From Octopus sinensis (lineage: Eukaryota): 64,000 nucleotides of DNA. Within the stretch, counting starts at the first letter, position 1. Each line of letters opens with the position of its first letter. Made by a program: the position numbers and the translations under genes. Location of the stretch: the NCBI RefSeq assembly GCF_006345805.1, contig NC_043002.1, forward strand, positions 74,276,001 through 74,340,000, read 5' to 3'. Below the pieces are notes generated by a model. It was given only the letters and a program-made list of their open reading frames with translations, had not been told where the DNA came from and ran no database searches. This document shows positions 62,252-64,000 of this stretch, piece by piece.

Positions 62252-62811
62252 CAGTGTGAGAAATGCGTTAGTTAACTCGCATTATTTTCTTGATTCTCTG
62301 AAAAGATGGTAACTTACAGGAAGTTTTGTAATGATCAACGTTGGGAAGGAGGGGTTCCGAACCGCACTACAACCATTGTTGTAGATATACATCTGTATCG
62401 CAAACAGACCATTTTATAGCCATATACGTCGCGCATGCTCACTTCCCCTCTCCCACATACGTTTTTCTGTGTCAGTCGTAGTCATCTATGCGTTTTAGTG
62501 ACACACGCTAACTGCTTATCAAAGTGGTCGGTTACAGTCGTGGCCATACTATTTACATTATCCAATCTCTCTCCCTCTCTCTCTCTCTCCCTCTAAATAT
62601 CAGTAAGGATGTAAGATTTGAGCGAGTTTGGATGCTTCTCAGGTCTGACAGCAGTTATATGAAGGTCAGCAGAAGATATTAACGCGGAAATTTGATACGA
62701 GGAAACCCGAAGACTTAGTCTTCGGGAAACTAAACAACAGCAACAATAATAACTGCTTCTTGTTTAGACACAAAGCCAGCAATTTTGAAGGAAAAGAGAG
62801 TAGTGAATATA

Positions 62812-63215
62812 CTCTTACTCTTTACTCTTTTACTTGTTTCAGTCATTTGACTGTGGCCATGCTGGAGCACCGCCTTTAGTCGAGAAAATTGACCCTAGGA
62901 CTTATTCTTTGTAAGCCTAGTACTTATTCTATCGGTCTCTTTTGCTGAACCGCTAAGTTACGGGGACGTAAACACATCACCATCGGTTGTCAAACGATGT
63001 TGGTGGGGAGGGGGACAAACACAGACATACAAACATATACACACAAATATATACATATACACGACGGGCTTCTTTCAGTTTCCGTCTACCAAATCCACTC
63101 ACAAGGCTTTGGTCGGCCCGAGGCTATAGTAGAAGACACTTGCCCAAGGTGCCACGCAGTGGGACTGAACCCTGTGGTTGGTAAGCAAGCTACTTACCAC
63201 ACAGCCATTCCTACG
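62812..63215 (-). mobile_element. SINE family B, full length
   Basis: Family homology. Confidence 0.85.
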
Positions 63216-63612
63216 GAAGAGGTAGACCCAGGAAGACCTGGGACGAAGTGGTGAAGCACAATCTTCGAACATTAGGCCTCACCGAGGCAATGACCAATAA
63301 CCGATATGAAGTACTTTATTTTATTTCCACGAGAAATATGAACGGTACAGTTGACGGAGGCGGGATTTCAACTCATTACGTAAAGTGCCCAAAGAAATAC
63401 CGCAAGGCCTTTTGACCAATGGTTTCTCGTATAGCACAAGGACATAAATTTCGAGGAAGGCGTAAATCGATTACGTCAACCCCAGAACTTGGAAACCCGC
63501 CAAGGGTAACTTTGCCCTTTTCATCCTCTCAGAATCGATAATTTCAAGTACCAGTCGATGCAGTCTATTAACTCAATCTCCTTTCAAAACTGCTAGCCTC
63601 AATTAGAAACCG

Positions 63613-63707
<95 letters not shown>

Positions 63708-63719
63708 AAGAAGAAGAAG
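63613..63719. repeat. (AAT)n(AAG)n microsatellite at the 5' junction of the second R4 element
   Basis: Direct reading. Confidence 0.95.
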
Positions 63720-63727
63720 CTCAGAAA

Positions 63728-63949
63728 TAATAACAAGCTCAGAAAATATAAAGACCTGCTCATTGAAATTGAGAAAATGTGGCATCTCAAGGCGGTTACA
63801 ATACCAGTGATCGTAGGAGCACTAGGAATGATCAAGAAGGAAACCGAAAATTATATGAGAACAATCCCTGGCTTACCATCCTGCAAGAAGTGCAAAAGAT
63901 TGTCTTAACTGGTACATCACACGTATTGAGAAGAGCATTGTCGATGTGA
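63728..63949 (+). pseudogene. R4/Dong-clade retrotransposon 3' end (restriction-like endonuclease C-terminus)
   Basis: KLRKYKDLLIEIEKMWHLKAVTIPVIVGALGMIKK...(frameshift)LQEVQKIVLTGTSHVLRRALSM*, the typical R4 KYxDL..E...W..PVxxGALG..Q...GT..LR ending. Confidence 0.85.
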
Positions 63950-64000
63950 GAACTATTACTACCCATGTATTTTAATTTAACTTTATTTCTATCAAAAAAA

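Noticed and set aside
62300-62560. Candidate FoxJ1 non-coding exon 1 (minus-strand GTAAGT near 62314-62319)
   Set aside because: A single donor hexamer is expected by chance, and there is no promoter evidence.

Overview
Eukaryotic, extremely repeat-rich animal DNA. The SINE families, microsatellite load and R4/Dong, RTE and Penelope relics suggest an octopod cephalopod; this is an inference. The only supportable host gene is a FoxJ1 forkhead transcription factor on the minus strand. Its first coding exon (42325-41807) ends at a phase-0 GT donor after ...DPSWQ, and the rest of the forkhead domain was not found in the window, implying an intron >41.8 kb. Everything else recognisable is mobile DNA or simple repeat. 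DNA transposons: two mariner relics (one full length, 1287 bp, TIRs and TA TSD), four GGATCT-terminated Merlin-like elements (including a 1.6-kb foldback and telomere-repeat-bearing copies), hAT-like MITEs, and a 3.1-kb Mutator/foldback-like element with a second 9-bp-TSD MITE nested in its TIR, a 2-kb higher-order TG satellite and a duplicated right end. Retroelements: R4/Dong, CR1, RTE and Penelope-like remnants, at least five tRNA- or RTE-tail-type SINE families, and a tRNA-headed element whose tail reconstructs to a minimal hammerhead ribozyme. There are also several large palindromes. No prokaryotic features or CRISPR arrays. Boundaries of decayed SINEs are approximate (+/-10-20 bp); everything was read by eye with no database search.
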